Assembly (NCBI GenBank): GCA_050013715.1
Contig: JBEKES010000002.1
Span: 1-49,957 of the forward strand
From: Candidatus Micrarchaeaceae archaeon
GTDB taxonomy: Archaea > Micrarchaeota > Micrarchaeia > Micrarchaeales > Micrarchaeaceae
DNA length: 49,957 bases
Direction of reading: 5' to 3'
Below are positions 1 through 10,261 of this stretch, piece by piece. Position 1 is the first letter of the stretch. Each line of letters begins with the position of its first letter. Position numbers and translations under genes: made by a program. The notes below the pieces were generated by a model, which had not been told where the DNA came from, ran no database searches, and saw only the letters and a program-made list of their open reading frames with translations.

Positions 1-765
1 GTCTCCTGATTTCGTGACTACGCCGGAGCCTACCTCAAAATAATCTGTGTAATTCTCGAATTCCTTCACTCCATAGGGATTAGGCAGCGAATCAAGGCTT
101 CCTGTTCCATAGCCCACTACTGAGAATGCCTGGGGCACAATCTTTGAAGTGTTGCCTATGTAGAAAAGCAGGTTCCTGAATTTTACCGTGCTGATCAGTA
201 GTTTGTTAGTGTCTGTTTCTGCATATTCTGCAAAAGCTGAAGGGGGATTCGGGCCCGAGTTGCTCGTTCCCAGATTTATGCTTCCTATTACTTGGTTGTT
301 GAAATAGGCTTTCCATACGTTTCCGATTGACTTGAATGCATAGGTATTGAAGCTTCCGTTTAATCCCACAGATCCATTTTCACCTATTCCTCCGCAGAAC
401 GAGCTGTTGTCCGTATTGGGGAGAAAATACTCCCAGAACCAGGTAGGTACACCAGCCTTTATGAAAACGCTTTTTGTTGAATTGCTTCCGCAGGAAGTGG
501 AATAGTAGCCGCTTGCGTTTGTTATTTCATAGCCTGTTTGGATAAATGCTCCGTTGGCAAGATCTTCTCCTACCCAGAAGCCGAGGGAACCGTCAGTAGC
601 GTTCTGGTAAATTGTCTGTATGGCTACGCTTGCGCCGTTGTTGAATGCCGCGCCGTTCGAGCCTCGCACTCCTGTCTGGAACCAGTATTGTGCGCTAGCT
701 ATGTTTCCAAGCAGAAGAAACACAATCAAGGTCGTACCGATCAATAAAAGATTATACCTTCGCAT
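1..765 (-). CDS. Secreted protein, partial (runs off window); possible glutamic peptidase G1-like domain
   Basis: Manual translation from ATG 765: MRRYNLLLIGTTLIVFLLLGNIASAQYWFQ (signal peptide), then FWVGEDLANGAFIQTGY and WFWEY; open to position 1; not in the ORF track. Confidence 0.75.
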   Translation of the reverse strand, partial: MRRYNLLLIGTTLIVFLLLGNIASAQYWFQTGVRGSNGAAFNNGASVAIQTIYQNATDGSLGFWVGEDLANGAFIQTGYEITNASGYYSTSCGSNSTKSVFIKAGVPTWFWEYFLPNTDNSSFCGGIGENGSVGLNGSFNTYAFKSIGNVWKAYFNNQVIGSINLGTSNSGPNPPSAFAEYAETDTNKLLISTVKFRNLLFYIGNTSKIVPQAFSVVGYGTGSLDSLPNPYGVKEFENYTDYFEVGSGVVTKSGD

Positions 766-1534
766 AATCTATACCTAAAACATTAAGTTCTCTCACTATA
801 GCTTCCCTATCCATTGCTTTTATACTTTTCCATTCAATTAGCGCAAATTCTGCCCTCACATCGCTTCGCTCGAATGCATATTTCAGCATGTCCAAATTAC
901 TAATATAATGTTTTGACATTATGTGCGAGAATGCGTATTTTCCATTTAGTGCAAGCTTTGTGAATTTTGCAGAATAGTGAAGACCTCCTATTCCAACGGC
1001 AACTTTTTCATAGGCTGGTTTTTTGTGTAATGAATCCGCAACTGCAGTTGCAAGAATTTTTGCATGCTTTTCGCTTTTTATTACGCCTTCGCTGCCTCCC
1101 AATTCTACAAAAAGGGAAGGATTCTCCGTCAAAGGGCCGTGGTGCGTTGCCTCATAGGTCAATTCTATTCCTGTATCGTTGATCGCATTCATCGAGTTCA
1201 AAAAATTTAGCATGCTTAATGGCGAAGAGACGCTCAGGCTCTTCGGCTTTCCTCCAATGGGGCAATCATCGGACCAATTGCCTTCAGCATGGACTGTAAA
1301 TGCCGGAATTCCCTTGCTGCTGCTGTGCCTGCTTAGGAATATCATAATCCCATCAACAATTTTATCGATGGGTTCGGCATCAATGAGTCTACCATCGAAT
1401 TCTATCAGTTTCACGTCCTTCGAATCGAAGCACCTAAATCCATTGAATGTGCTTTCCTCTAAATTCAGAATTCCCTTCATCGCATTGGCAATATTGGACG
1501 ATGCTGTCTCTTTCGAATAAACCAAATAAATCAT
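752..1534 (-). CDS. dtdA: Archaeal D-aminoacyl-tRNA deacylase
   Basis: FLSRHSS, FTVHAEGN, EATHHGP, FVELGGSE and GIGGLHY motifs. Confidence 0.92.
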   Translation of the reverse strand: MIYLVYSKETASSNIANAMKGILNLEESTFNGFRCFDSKDVKLIEFDGRLIDAEPIDKIVDGIMIFLSRHSSSKGIPAFTVHAEGNWSDDCPIGGKPKSLSVSSPLSMLNFLNSMNAINDTGIELTYEATHHGPLTENPSLFVELGGSEGVIKSEKHAKILATAVADSLHKKPAYEKVAVGIGGLHYSAKFTKLALNGKYAFSHIMSKHYISNLDMLKYAFERSDVRAEFALIEWKSIKAMDREAIVRELNVLGIDYAKV

Positions 1535-1598
1535 AATACCAACAGACTATTAAAGGATAAAAGCTTTATCTGTTAATCATATACATTAGGGTGCGAAC

Positions 1599-1949
1599 AT
1601 GCTGTACGATTATGTTGCATTGCTGTTCTTCATAGCATTTGCTGTTTTCATACCAGTTTCCTTTGTACTTACCACAAAACTTCTCGGCAAAAAATCTCAG
1701 GGCAATGCAGTGAAGAATGCTCCCTACGAAAGCGGTGAGGAAACCATAGGAAGCAACAGAGATGTAGACAATGAGTATCTTCCCTATTTTATGATATTCA
1801 TTCCCTTTGAAATAATAATAGCGATATTGATACTGTGGTCGATAGTTTCAAGAACCATAAATGAAAACTACAGTTTTGTTATACTCGGATTGGGTGTTTT
1901 TGCAACTATAATGTCCTTTGTTGCATACAGGATGGTTGGTGTGAAATGA
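1599..1949 (+). CDS. nuoA: NADH-quinone oxidoreductase subunit A
   Basis: Three TM segments, KNAPYESGE loop, FIPFEI; first gene of nuo cluster. Confidence 0.9.
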   Translation: MLYDYVALLFFIAFAVFIPVSFVLTTKLLGKKSQGNAVKNAPYESGEETIGSNRDVDNEYLPYFMIFIPFEIIIAILILWSIVSRTINENYSFVILGLGVFATIMSFVAYRMVGVK

Positions 1950-2560
1950 CAGAAACAAACGAGCCCTACACAAAAGAGGAATTCCTGAATGCGCAGCAGG
2001 AAATGGACAAGTTGTTGCAGGAATCCTCAAAGAAATATAAAATACCAACAAATGCCGTATTTGCAAAGCTGGGTGATTTTGCAAGAAAGAACCCAATAGT
2101 CAAATGGAGCAAGGAGAAATCCGTTTGGCCCATGCAGTTCGGGCTTGCGTGCTGCGCCATAGAGCTCATGGACTTCGGAGCATCGAGAATCGATGCCGAA
2201 AGAAAGGGTTATCTTCTGTTCAGGAGCACGCCAAGGCAGTGTGATGTGATGATAGTGGCTGGCTGGGTAACGAAATCAATGGCACCAAGAGTGAAAAGGC
2301 TTTATGAACAGATGTCAAAGCCCAATTATGTCATCGCCTATGGCGAATGCGCCACTTCCGGGGGTCCATGGTGGGAAAGCTACAATATAATACAAGGAAT
2401 AGACCAGGTGCTTCCTGTGGATATTTACGTTGCCGGATGTCCTCCAAGGCCTGAGAACCTTTTCTCAGCACTAATGAAACTTCAAAATAAAATAGGTGGT
2501 AAAGTTGCAGGAAATACAGAGCAGAGTATTAGCGAAAACATTAGAAGACATGAAAGTTAA
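1946..2560 (+). CDS. nuoB: NADH-quinone oxidoreductase subunit B
   Basis: GLACCAIE, PRQCD, GECATSGG and VDIYVAGCPPRPE motifs. Confidence 0.96.
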   Translation: MTETNEPYTKEEFLNAQQEMDKLLQESSKKYKIPTNAVFAKLGDFARKNPIVKWSKEKSVWPMQFGLACCAIELMDFGASRIDAERKGYLLFRSTPRQCDVMIVAGWVTKSMAPRVKRLYEQMSKPNYVIAYGECATSGGPWWESYNIIQGIDQVLPVDIYVAGCPPRPENLFSALMKLQNKIGGKVAGNTEQSISENIRRHES

Positions 2561-2879
2561 GGGCTACAATTATCTCAAAAAAATAACGGCAGTTGACTAT
2601 ATCGACAGATTAGAGGTAATATACATAATATACAATCCGGCAACGCACAGGGATGAAATTCTAAGCGTTAAAATCGCTCCGGAAAATCCTGAAATAGAAA
2701 CAATAATGCACCTATACAAATCTGCAGACTGGTACGAGCGCGAATTGTCTGAAATGTTCGGAATAAAAATAAAGGGAAGAAAAACAAAAAGATTATTACT
2801 CGAAAAATGGGACGGGGAAGAAGCTCCTCTCAGGAAAAGCTTCGTATGGGGAAATCCAAATTACAAAAGGCAGAAATAA
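2496..2879 (+). CDS. nuoC: NADH-quinone oxidoreductase subunit C
   Basis: ITAVDY, ADWYERELSEMFGI, PLRK; start uncertain. Confidence 0.92.
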   Translation: MVKLQEIQSRVLAKTLEDMKVKGYNYLKKITAVDYIDRLEVIYIIYNPATHRDEILSVKIAPENPEIETIMHLYKSADWYERELSEMFGIKIKGRKTKRLLLEKWDGEEAPLRKSFVWGNPNYKRQK

Positions 2880-3976
2880 TGGCAACAATGAGAATCAACA
2901 TAGGTCCTATACATCCGAGCACACACGGAGTGCTGAAACTTGTGGTTGATTTAAATGGGGATGTTGTTGAGAACGTTGAGCCGCATATCGGATTCCTGCA
3001 CAGGGGTGTAGAAAAGCTGATGGAAACCAGGATGTACATGCAAAGTCCTTCCTATACTGAAAAATTAGATTACATAGCGCCATTAAGCTGGGATGATTTG
3101 TATGTATCAGCAGTTGAAACCGCAATAGGCATTGAAGTCAAGGAGCGTGCACAATATGCAAGAGTGATACTTCTGGAATTCCAGAGAATAGCAAGCCATT
3201 TGCTCTGGCTCGGAGCATTCTGCAACGACATGGGACAATTGCTTACCATATTCACCTGGGCATTCAGGGAGCGAGCAAAGGTTATCAAGTTATTGGAAGA
3301 TGTATCTGGAAACAGGATGTTCTACGTGAATTTAAGACTGGGCGGCCTTTACAAGGATCTTCCTCCAGATTTCTCAAAAAGGTCCTATGGCCTTATAAAT
3401 TATCTTCAGGAGAGGATTTCAGAATATCCGGACATGCTTGAACGAAATCCGATATTCATCGAAAGAACCAAAGGCATAGGAAAGCTGAGCAAGGAAGATG
3501 CAATAAATTATGGGGTAGCTGGACCTGTGCTAAGGGCATCAGGAATAGAGGAAGACACGAGGAAGTCGAACCCCTATTACATATATGACAAAATGAAATT
3601 CAGAATACCAACAGGAAGCGTAGGTGATAACTACGACAGATATAAGGTGCGATTCGAGGAAATGCTGCAGAGCATGAGCATCATAAGGCAGGCACTGGAA
3701 AAGATGCCTGAAAATGGTGACGTGAAGGGAATGCCTATAAAGCTCATAGGACCCAACGCAAAACAGGATCCTGTAATTGTTGAAAGAGAACTGCCAAGAG
3801 GTGAAGGAATAATCTACATGATACCAGACAAGCAGCGGCCCTACAGGATATCAATGAGATCGCCGACATTTATCAACTTGGCCGTGCTTAAAAAATTAAC
3901 TGAAAACGCAAAGCTTGCAGATCTCTTTGCCACATTGGGAAGCTTGGACCTGGTGCTTGGCGAAGTGGACAGGTGA
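2879..3976 (+). CDS. nuoD: NADH-quinone oxidoreductase subunit D
   Basis: NIGPIHPSTHGVL, GFLHRGVEK, C-terminal DLVLGEVDR; ATG overlaps nuoC stop (TAATG). Confidence 0.96.
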   Translation: MATMRINIGPIHPSTHGVLKLVVDLNGDVVENVEPHIGFLHRGVEKLMETRMYMQSPSYTEKLDYIAPLSWDDLYVSAVETAIGIEVKERAQYARVILLEFQRIASHLLWLGAFCNDMGQLLTIFTWAFRERAKVIKLLEDVSGNRMFYVNLRLGGLYKDLPPDFSKRSYGLINYLQERISEYPDMLERNPIFIERTKGIGKLSKEDAINYGVAGPVLRASGIEEDTRKSNPYYIYDKMKFRIPTGSVGDNYDRYKVRFEEMLQSMSIIRQALEKMPENGDVKGMPIKLIGPNAKQDPVIVERELPRGEGIIYMIPDKQRPYRISMRSPTFINLAVLKKLTENAKLADLFATLGSLDLVLGEVDR

Positions 3977-3980
3977 ACAA

Positions 3981-4295
3981 ATGACTTACTATGCATTGTT
4001 ATTCAAAGGTGGATTGCCACATGCAAAACTTACTAAAGAGTATTCAGAAAGATTTGTCAAATGGGCTATGGATGTAACTTCAAGCGAAGCTTCTGGAAAC
4101 AGGTTTAAACAGGAAGGCAGGATAGTATCATCAGATAACGTTGAAGAAATAAAGTTCGACAATGACACAGTTGGAGGTTACTTGATAATAGAAACGGAGA
4201 ACTATGAGCAAGCTGTCGAAGTTGCAAAGGGTTGTCCCATACTCGAGAATAATGGCTCAGTTGAGATAAGGGAAGTTATTTCCAATGGTGCATAG
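3981..4295 (+). CDS. YciI/DGPF-like protein
   Basis: VGGYLIIE...AVEVAKGCP...GSVEIRE pattern; AGGTGA RBS before ATG 3981. Confidence 0.75.
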   Translation: MTYYALLFKGGLPHAKLTKEYSERFVKWAMDVTSSEASGNRFKQEGRIVSSDNVEEIKFDNDTVGGYLIIETENYEQAVEVAKGCPILENNGSVEIREVISNGA

Positions 4296-4354
4296 CTAAT
4301 ATTGCCTTCCAGAAAGTTATAAGAAATACAAATAAACAATATATTTTGATATAT

Positions 4355-4696
4355 ATGGAAAGAGCGGAGCTTGAAAAGCTTACAAGGGACTACCAAATGC
4401 TTCAGGAGCAATTGCAATCATTGGCAATACAAAAGGAGCAGTTCAAAGCGCAGAAGGAAGAGTTGCACGAGGCACAGGAAGCAGTGGAAAAGGCAAAAGG
4501 CAAGATATACGTGACAATCGGAGGCATTATGGTGGATGTTGACAAGGAAACTGCAAACAAGAACATAAAGGAACGCCAAGAATCAACAGCAATGCGATTG
4601 AGCATAGTGGAAAAGCAGTTTGAAGATGTATCAAAGAAGGAGCAATCCCTTAGGACTGATATAACAAAAGCGCTAAAAGACTTCAAAACTGAATAA
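4355..4696 (+). CDS. pfdB: Prefoldin beta subunit
   Basis: Coiled coil-hairpin (IYVTIGGIMV)-coiled coil, YQMLQEQLQ. Confidence 0.88.
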   Translation: MERAELEKLTRDYQMLQEQLQSLAIQKEQFKAQKEELHEAQEAVEKAKGKIYVTIGGIMVDVDKETANKNIKERQESTAMRLSIVEKQFEDVSKKEQSLRTDITKALKDFKTE

Positions 4697-4706
4697 TACT
4701 GATCAA

Positions 4707-4991
4707 ATGGCCAGAAGATCTTTATTCAAGTTCTTTGCAGGCTTCGGAATAGCAGCCATTGTAACTTTCGCGCTGATTACAATTGCATCTTATCTGTATC
4801 TTGCATTCACTTTGTACGGCCCTGTTACTCATTATCTAATAAGCCAAAGCATACCAAGCATAATCTCAATAATCCTATACATAATTTTCTTCTTGATAAT
4901 ACTGATACCCGCAGCAGCAATGATAATCGGTTCCATTGCAGGGTTGATTATTGGTCTGATAGTAGGATTTATCATCAGCGGAACAAGATGA
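4707..4991 (+). CDS. Small membrane protein
   Basis: Hydrophobic 94 aa ORF in operon context. Confidence 0.65.
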   Translation: MARRSLFKFFAGFGIAAIVTFALITIASYLYLAFTLYGPVTHYLISQSIPSIISIILYIIFFLIILIPAAAMIIGSIAGLIIGLIVGFIISGTR

Positions 4992-4997
4992 TAATAA

Positions 4998-5987
4998 ATG
5001 AAGATAATAGATTTTTTTGATTTGACCCATATAATAAAGGAAAACATCATAAAAAAAATAAACATAACCTTTCATTCAATAGGAGACACAGACTGCGTTT
5101 CTTCTGCATTTGGCTTGCTTAATTATCTTCCAAACGCTAGCATATCCACACCAGATGTGATAACATCAAATTCAAGAAGAATAATGGAGAGGTTGGGATT
5201 TGATGAAAGCACAATCTCTAACAAAATAGACGAAAATGCAGAAATGATAATACTTGTCGATGTCAACAACTTCGAGGATTGCGGAAGATTCAGGGAAGTT
5301 CTTGAAAATTTTGATGGACAAATATTGATAATAGACCATCACAGTCCAAGCACGATAGACAAGGATAACGTAACTGTATTTAATGATGAATCATTCAACT
5401 CAACGGCAAGCATAGTCTATGAAATTTTAAAGTCATTGGAATCAAAAGTGGATAAAAATCTTGCAAACCTTATCGCTACTGGAATTATATCCGATTCTGC
5501 AGAGTTGAAAAACGCATTCCCATTGACATTTGTGCAGATTGGTGAATTACTTGAAAAGGCAGAAATAGATTATCAATCATTATTATTGGAAATGCGGCAC
5601 ATCAACACCCCGCAAAACAGGGCTGAATTTATCAGAGACCTTTTCAAGGCGAATGTAATGATTACTGGCAATTTGCTCATAGTATTTGGCAAAGCAGAGA
5701 TACATGCAAATAAGCTTGCCGATGACGGAATTAGAATAGGTGCGGATGTCTCGCTCTTCTATACTCACAGGAAAGAAGAAGTTTCCTTCTCAGCAAGGCT
5801 AAGACCGCCATTGGACAGAACATACAAGATAAACCTAGGCAAGCTGATGAAAACTCTGGCACCAATTATCGAAGGTCAAGGCGGAGGGCATCCATGTGCA
5901 GCAGGTGCATATGGTCCGCTTACTGAAAATACAAGCAAGTTCATAGACATGTTCATGTTCGAATTGAACAATCACATAAAGAAATAA
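4998..5987 (+). CDS. DHH family phosphoesterase (NrnA-like)
   Basis: HSIGDTDC, ILVDV, IIDHH and GGGHPCAAGA motifs. Confidence 0.9.
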   Translation: MKIIDFFDLTHIIKENIIKKINITFHSIGDTDCVSSAFGLLNYLPNASISTPDVITSNSRRIMERLGFDESTISNKIDENAEMIILVDVNNFEDCGRFREVLENFDGQILIIDHHSPSTIDKDNVTVFNDESFNSTASIVYEILKSLESKVDKNLANLIATGIISDSAELKNAFPLTFVQIGELLEKAEIDYQSLLLEMRHINTPQNRAEFIRDLFKANVMITGNLLIVFGKAEIHANKLADDGIRIGADVSLFYTHRKEEVSFSARLRPPLDRTYKINLGKLMKTLAPIIEGQGGGHPCAAGAYGPLTENTSKFIDMFMFELNNHIKK

Positions 5988-5992
5988 GCTGA

Positions 5993-6340
5993 TTAATTGC
6001 TATCAGCAATTCTTAATACATCTTGAATTTTATTTACCAGTTTATCTGATTTCCCTGTTGGAGATTCTATTTTTATTTTAACTTCAAATCCAAAACTACC
6101 AAATTCTCCTAAAAGGTATGTGCCATAAGTCACAGTAACTCCATCCTTTGTATGTCTATTAAGAGGAAACCATCTTGTAAATTTTTCTTCCCTTAAAAAA
6201 CTTCTTAAACTGCTTCTTAACCTGAATCTGTCAACAATTCCATTTGAATGTACAAAAGCGTCAACTAAACTACTTCTTGGATTTAGGTGATCTCCAGAAT
6301 TTTGACAAATACTCATAATACCCATGGTTCTTTCAGTCAT
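5993..6340 (-). CDS. Hypothetical protein (orphan-like)
   Basis: 115 aa ORF with TATA box and GTGATG RBS upstream. Confidence 0.65.
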   Translation of the reverse strand: MTERTMGIMSICQNSGDHLNPRSSLVDAFVHSNGIVDRFRLRSSLRSFLREEKFTRWFPLNRHTKDGVTVTYGTYLLGEFGSFGFEVKIKIESPTGKSDKLVNKIQDVLRIADSN

Positions 6341-6450
6341 ATCATCACTAAAATAATTTATAAATTATTAGATATATAAAGCTATACAGAAAGTGTTTAA
6401 TAATGGCAAATTAAGTTAACCTTAATTAAAATCCAAAAAAGGTATACTTT

Positions 6451-7224
6451 CTACTTGCCCTGTATTCTAATGAATGCATTATCTGCAATGATTATCAATC
6501 CAACCGCTATTCCTAGGACTATTACCATGTCAAGCCAAATTGGATAAGTATGTATTCCTATTAGTGCTCCTCTAAGTCCATCTACTCCATAACGCAATGG
6601 ATCTATTGCAGATAGTCCTTTCATCCATGTCGGTGCGGTTGTCAATGGGAACAATGCCCCGCTCAGGAAGAACAAAGGTAATACAAGGAAGTTTATGAGT
6701 ACTTGAAAACCTTCAATGTTGTTTATGTAGGAAGCGATAATCAAGCCAATTGACACAAAAATGCAAGATATAAGAATCATGAAAATAACTGCCTCAATCA
6801 TTCCAATTAAAGTCAAATCACTGAGTGGTATAATCCCAACACCGACAACCACAACAGTTATTATGACTGCTGTAACCATTGCGATTGTAGCACTACCTGC
6901 TACCTTTCCAAGCACTATTCCGGCTCTTGATACTGGCGCAACAAGTATTTCTTTCAGAAATCCGAATTGCTTGTCCCATATTACATTAATTCCGGCAAAT
7001 ATGGACGAGAATAATATGGTCATTCCTATTATTCCTGGTGCCATGAACGTTATGTATGGCACTCCTCCTGCCAAAGCGCCTATTGCTGCCCCGAAACCAA
7101 CTCCAACTATGGCAAGCCATATGAGTGGTTGTCCTCCAGAGCCTATTAATCGTGATTTTGATTTGGTAAATCGCAGTATCTCCCTAAGCCATAGTGTATA
7201 TATTGTTTCAAGAAGTTTCGCCAT
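6451..7224 (-). CDS. ABC-2 type transporter permease (DrrB-like)
   Basis: WLREILRF, FMAPGIIG, GFLKEILVAP, FFLSGALFP; start placed at MAKLL. Confidence 0.92.
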   Translation of the reverse strand: MAKLLETIYTLWLREILRFTKSKSRLIGSGGQPLIWLAIVGVGFGAAIGALAGGVPYITFMAPGIIGMTILFSSIFAGINVIWDKQFGFLKEILVAPVSRAGIVLGKVAGSATIAMVTAVIITVVVVGVGIIPLSDLTLIGMIEAVIFMILISCIFVSIGLIIASYINNIEGFQVLINFLVLPLFFLSGALFPLTTAPTWMKGLSAIDPLRYGVDGLRGALIGIHTYPIWLDMVIVLGIAVGLIIIADNAFIRIQGK

Positions 7225-7225
7225 A

Positions 7226-8236
7226 TTATCTCCTACCTGCCCATCCTCTTTTGAACTGATTTCCAGCATCTGCACTTTCGCTCCTTATCTCCTTGCCTGT
7301 AAGACTTATGAATACATCTTCAAGCGTTGGCCTTTTTAGTGTTGTATATTCAACATCGATCCCAGCTTTTTGAGCTATTTCTATTATTTTTGGTATTGCT
7401 TCGCTCCCATTTTTAGTAGTTATTTCAACTCCTCCTTCGGATTCCTTAATGGAATGGAATAATTTATTCTTTTTAAGTTTTGCAATGAGCTCTTTTCTTT
7501 TTGCTGTCCCTACTCTTATTATGTCTCCTCCAAGCGAGTCTTTCAATTTCTCGGAAGTATCTAGTTTTATTATTTTTCCGTGGTCTATTATTGCAATCCT
7601 GTCGCAAAGCTCATCTGCCTCTTCCATGTAGTGTGTTGTGAGTATTATCGTTATGTGCTCGTCTTCGTTGAGTTTTAGTATATAATTCCAGATTTTTCTT
7701 CGCGTTTGAGGATCTAATCCTATTGTTGGTTCATCAAGAAAAAGCACTTTTGGGTTGTGTATGAAACCACGGGCAATTTCAAGCCTTCTTTTCATGCCTC
7801 CAGAATATGTTTTGACCTGTCTATTTGCTTTATCTTCAAGTTCAACAAGTCTCAATACGCGTTCTATAATCTCTTTTTTCTCCTTGCCAACAACACCATA
7901 TAATCTTGCATGGAAGTCGAGATTCTCTCTTCCTGTAAGTTCGTCATCAAGGCTGGGATCCTGGAAGACAATACCTATCAATTTTCTTACTGCATCTTTT
8001 TCTTTTACAACATTCTTTCCATCTATCGTAGCAGTTCCAGAAGTAAGGCTGATTATTGTTGAAAGTATAGATATTGTAGTTGTCTTGCCTGCGCCGTTTG
8101 GTCCAAGAAGCCCGAATATTTCCCCCTCTTTGACTTTGAATGACACGTTGTCAACAGCGGTAAAGTTGCCGAACCTCTTGGTAAGGTTGCTTACAACTAT
8201 AGAATCATTTACACTACCTGGTGATTTTGAAGCCAT
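7226..8236 (-). CDS. ABC transporter ATP-binding protein (DrrA-like)
   Basis: GPNGAGKTT, YSGGM, FLDEPT, TTHYMEEA. Confidence 0.95.
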   Translation of the reverse strand: MASKSPGSVNDSIVVSNLTKRFGNFTAVDNVSFKVKEGEIFGLLGPNGAGKTTTISILSTIISLTSGTATIDGKNVVKEKDAVRKLIGIVFQDPSLDDELTGRENLDFHARLYGVVGKEKKEIIERVLRLVELEDKANRQVKTYSGGMKRRLEIARGFIHNPKVLFLDEPTIGLDPQTRRKIWNYILKLNEDEHITIILTTHYMEEADELCDRIAIIDHGKIIKLDTSEKLKDSLGGDIIRVGTAKRKELIAKLKKNKLFHSIKESEGGVEITTKNGSEAIPKIIEIAQKAGIDVEYTTLKRPTLEDVFISLTGKEIRSESADAGNQFKRGWAGRR

Positions 8237-8394
8237 AATAAGCACTACGATGAACAATGGTTTAAATTTAAACTATATTGATTTTAAAATAAAACTATAT
8301 AAAGCTTTTGAAATGATGTGCTTTGCACTTAATTCTGAATCAAAACAGTAATATATCTGTTTAGTCAAATATCTTATTGTATCCTGGTAATCTT

Positions 8395-9597
8395 ATGAAA
8401 ATAGCTATAGTATCAGATATGCACATTGGCTATGAGCGATTTGCCGAAGACGCCTTCAACCAGGCAAAAGAAGCACTAGAGAAGGCATCATCAATGGCAG
8501 ATGCAATAATACTTCCTGGAGACATATTCGACAAGCGAGCACCAAAGCCGGAAGTAATAGCACAGGCAATAAACCTGTTCAGAGATTTATCTCGCAAGGA
8601 ATGGAAAGTAAAAGTGAGCGCATTCGATAGCAAAACAAACCAAAAATACACAGATGTGCCAATAATTGCAATATCTGGAACGCACGAAAGAACTGCCATG
8701 GGCAAAGAAAATCCACTAGGTTTACTTGCGCTTGCAGGGCTTCTTGTGGATACCAGCGAATCAACAACAATGCTTGAAAAAAATGGTGAAAAAGTAGCGA
8801 TCTTCGGCCTTGGCGGATTATCTGACGAACGCGTAAAAGAGAAGCTCCTTGAACTTGACCCTAAACCAACAGAAGGGGCATTCAATATATTCATGTTCCA
8901 TCAGTCAACCTATGAATTGCTTCCATTCAGCAATGAATTCATACACAATGAAGATCTTCCGAAAGGTTTTGACCTTTATGTCAATGGCCATATACACAGC
9001 AGATTTGAAGGTACAATACACGGCAAGAAATTCGTAATACCAGGAAGCACAGTACTCACTCAGCTTAAAGAGGGAGAACAGGAGGAAAAAGGCTTCATAT
9101 TATTCGATACTTCAAATTACAATTACGAATTCATAAAAATAAACTGCAGAAAATTCGTATTCAAGAACATCAAGTTCGATAATGCAGATCCTAAGGAAAT
9201 AAAGGAAAAATGCGAAAAGGAAATAGAGCAAATACTTTCCAAAGAAAGCAAAATGCCAATAATAAAATTGAGGCTTGAAGGCTCGATAGATTCCGGATTC
9301 AACAACACCGACATTCCTCTCCAGTCCATTATAGTGAAATACTCACAAAAGGCGCTTATAGAAATAGACAATTCACGCCTTCAAAACATTGAAATGCAGT
9401 CAAATATAGACAATCTTCGTGAAAACAAGATAGGGAATATGCCGGTCAAGGAGCTTGGCATGAGCATATTCGGATCAAAGCTAAAGGAAGCAAAATTCGA
9501 CGAGAGTATAAACTATTCCGAATTGTTCAACATACTTAGCAACAACACAAAGAAAGAGAAGGCAATAAGCGAGGCACTCGAATTCCTTAACAAATAA
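8395..9597 (+). CDS. mre11: DNA double-strand break repair nuclease Mre11
   Basis: SDMHIG, GDIFD, GTHE, FHQ, GHIH and PGS metallophosphoesterase motifs. Confidence 0.88.
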   Translation: MKIAIVSDMHIGYERFAEDAFNQAKEALEKASSMADAIILPGDIFDKRAPKPEVIAQAINLFRDLSRKEWKVKVSAFDSKTNQKYTDVPIIAISGTHERTAMGKENPLGLLALAGLLVDTSESTTMLEKNGEKVAIFGLGGLSDERVKEKLLELDPKPTEGAFNIFMFHQSTYELLPFSNEFIHNEDLPKGFDLYVNGHIHSRFEGTIHGKKFVIPGSTVLTQLKEGEQEEKGFILFDTSNYNYEFIKINCRKFVFKNIKFDNADPKEIKEKCEKEIEQILSKESKMPIIKLRLEGSIDSGFNNTDIPLQSIIVKYSQKALIEIDNSRLQNIEMQSNIDNLRENKIGNMPVKELGMSIFGSKLKEAKFDESINYSELFNILSNNTKKEKAISEALEFLNK

Positions 9598-9604
9598 GAC
9601 TTAA

Positions 9605-10255
9605 TTATCCAACATTTCTAAGTTTATCTGGTCTTCTTAAACCTGTTACAATGCCTCTATCAAATCTTTCATCACGTTTTTTCGAACTTACACTGTAACC
9701 TAACAATTCGTCTTTGGATTGGCTGTAATAGCATACGGCGTGGAAAATTACAGGTTCAGAAATCAACGGAAGCCATTTCTCCACGTCTTTCCACATGTTC
9801 AAAGTGTGCAATAATTTGATATCAACCCACATTGTAGGCCCTTCTTCGCTTGATTCCAATACACCAGAGAATTTATTGGTAGAAACTATATGTACTCTGC
9901 TTATGAAGTTATTTCCGTCTATATAACTGTCCAGTTTCCCATGATATATTAAATCATTCACACCAACGGACAATCCTGTTTCTGTCTTGATTTCTCTGAA
10001 GACGCCTGCTCTAAGGAGCTCTCCGTGCTCTATTTTTCCTCCAGGAAAATTCCATTTTCCCTTGCAAATGCCTCTTTTGGCATATTTTACTACCACATTT
10101 CCATTTTCCCTAATTATGCACATATTAAATTGCATGATCTCAAGACCATTCGGTATTGCTGCATCTGGAAGAATAATCGGTTCATGTGCAGTGCTGTGTA
10201 TACCTCTTCCTCTTACTAATACTGTATGATTAGCGTTTTCCATGCTAAAATTCAC
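9605..10255 (-). CDS. Nudix hydrolase (MutT/MTH1-like)
   Basis: GKWNFPGGKIEHGE...REIKTETGL Nudix box; SSEEG. Confidence 0.85.
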   Translation of the reverse strand: MNFSMENANHTVLVRGRGIHSTAHEPIILPDAAIPNGLEIMQFNMCIIRENGNVVVKYAKRGICKGKWNFPGGKIEHGELLRAGVFREIKTETGLSVGVNDLIYHGKLDSYIDGNNFISRVHIVSTNKFSGVLESSEEGPTMWVDIKLLHTLNMWKDVEKWLPLISEPVIFHAVCYYSQSKDELLGYSVSSKKRDERFDRGIVTGLRRPDKLRNVG

Positions 10256-10261
10256 CTTAAA

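Noticed and set aside
2879..3976. Group 4 [NiFe] hydrogenase large subunit
   Set aside because: No CxxC nickel-binding motifs at either end; NuoD-type sequence.
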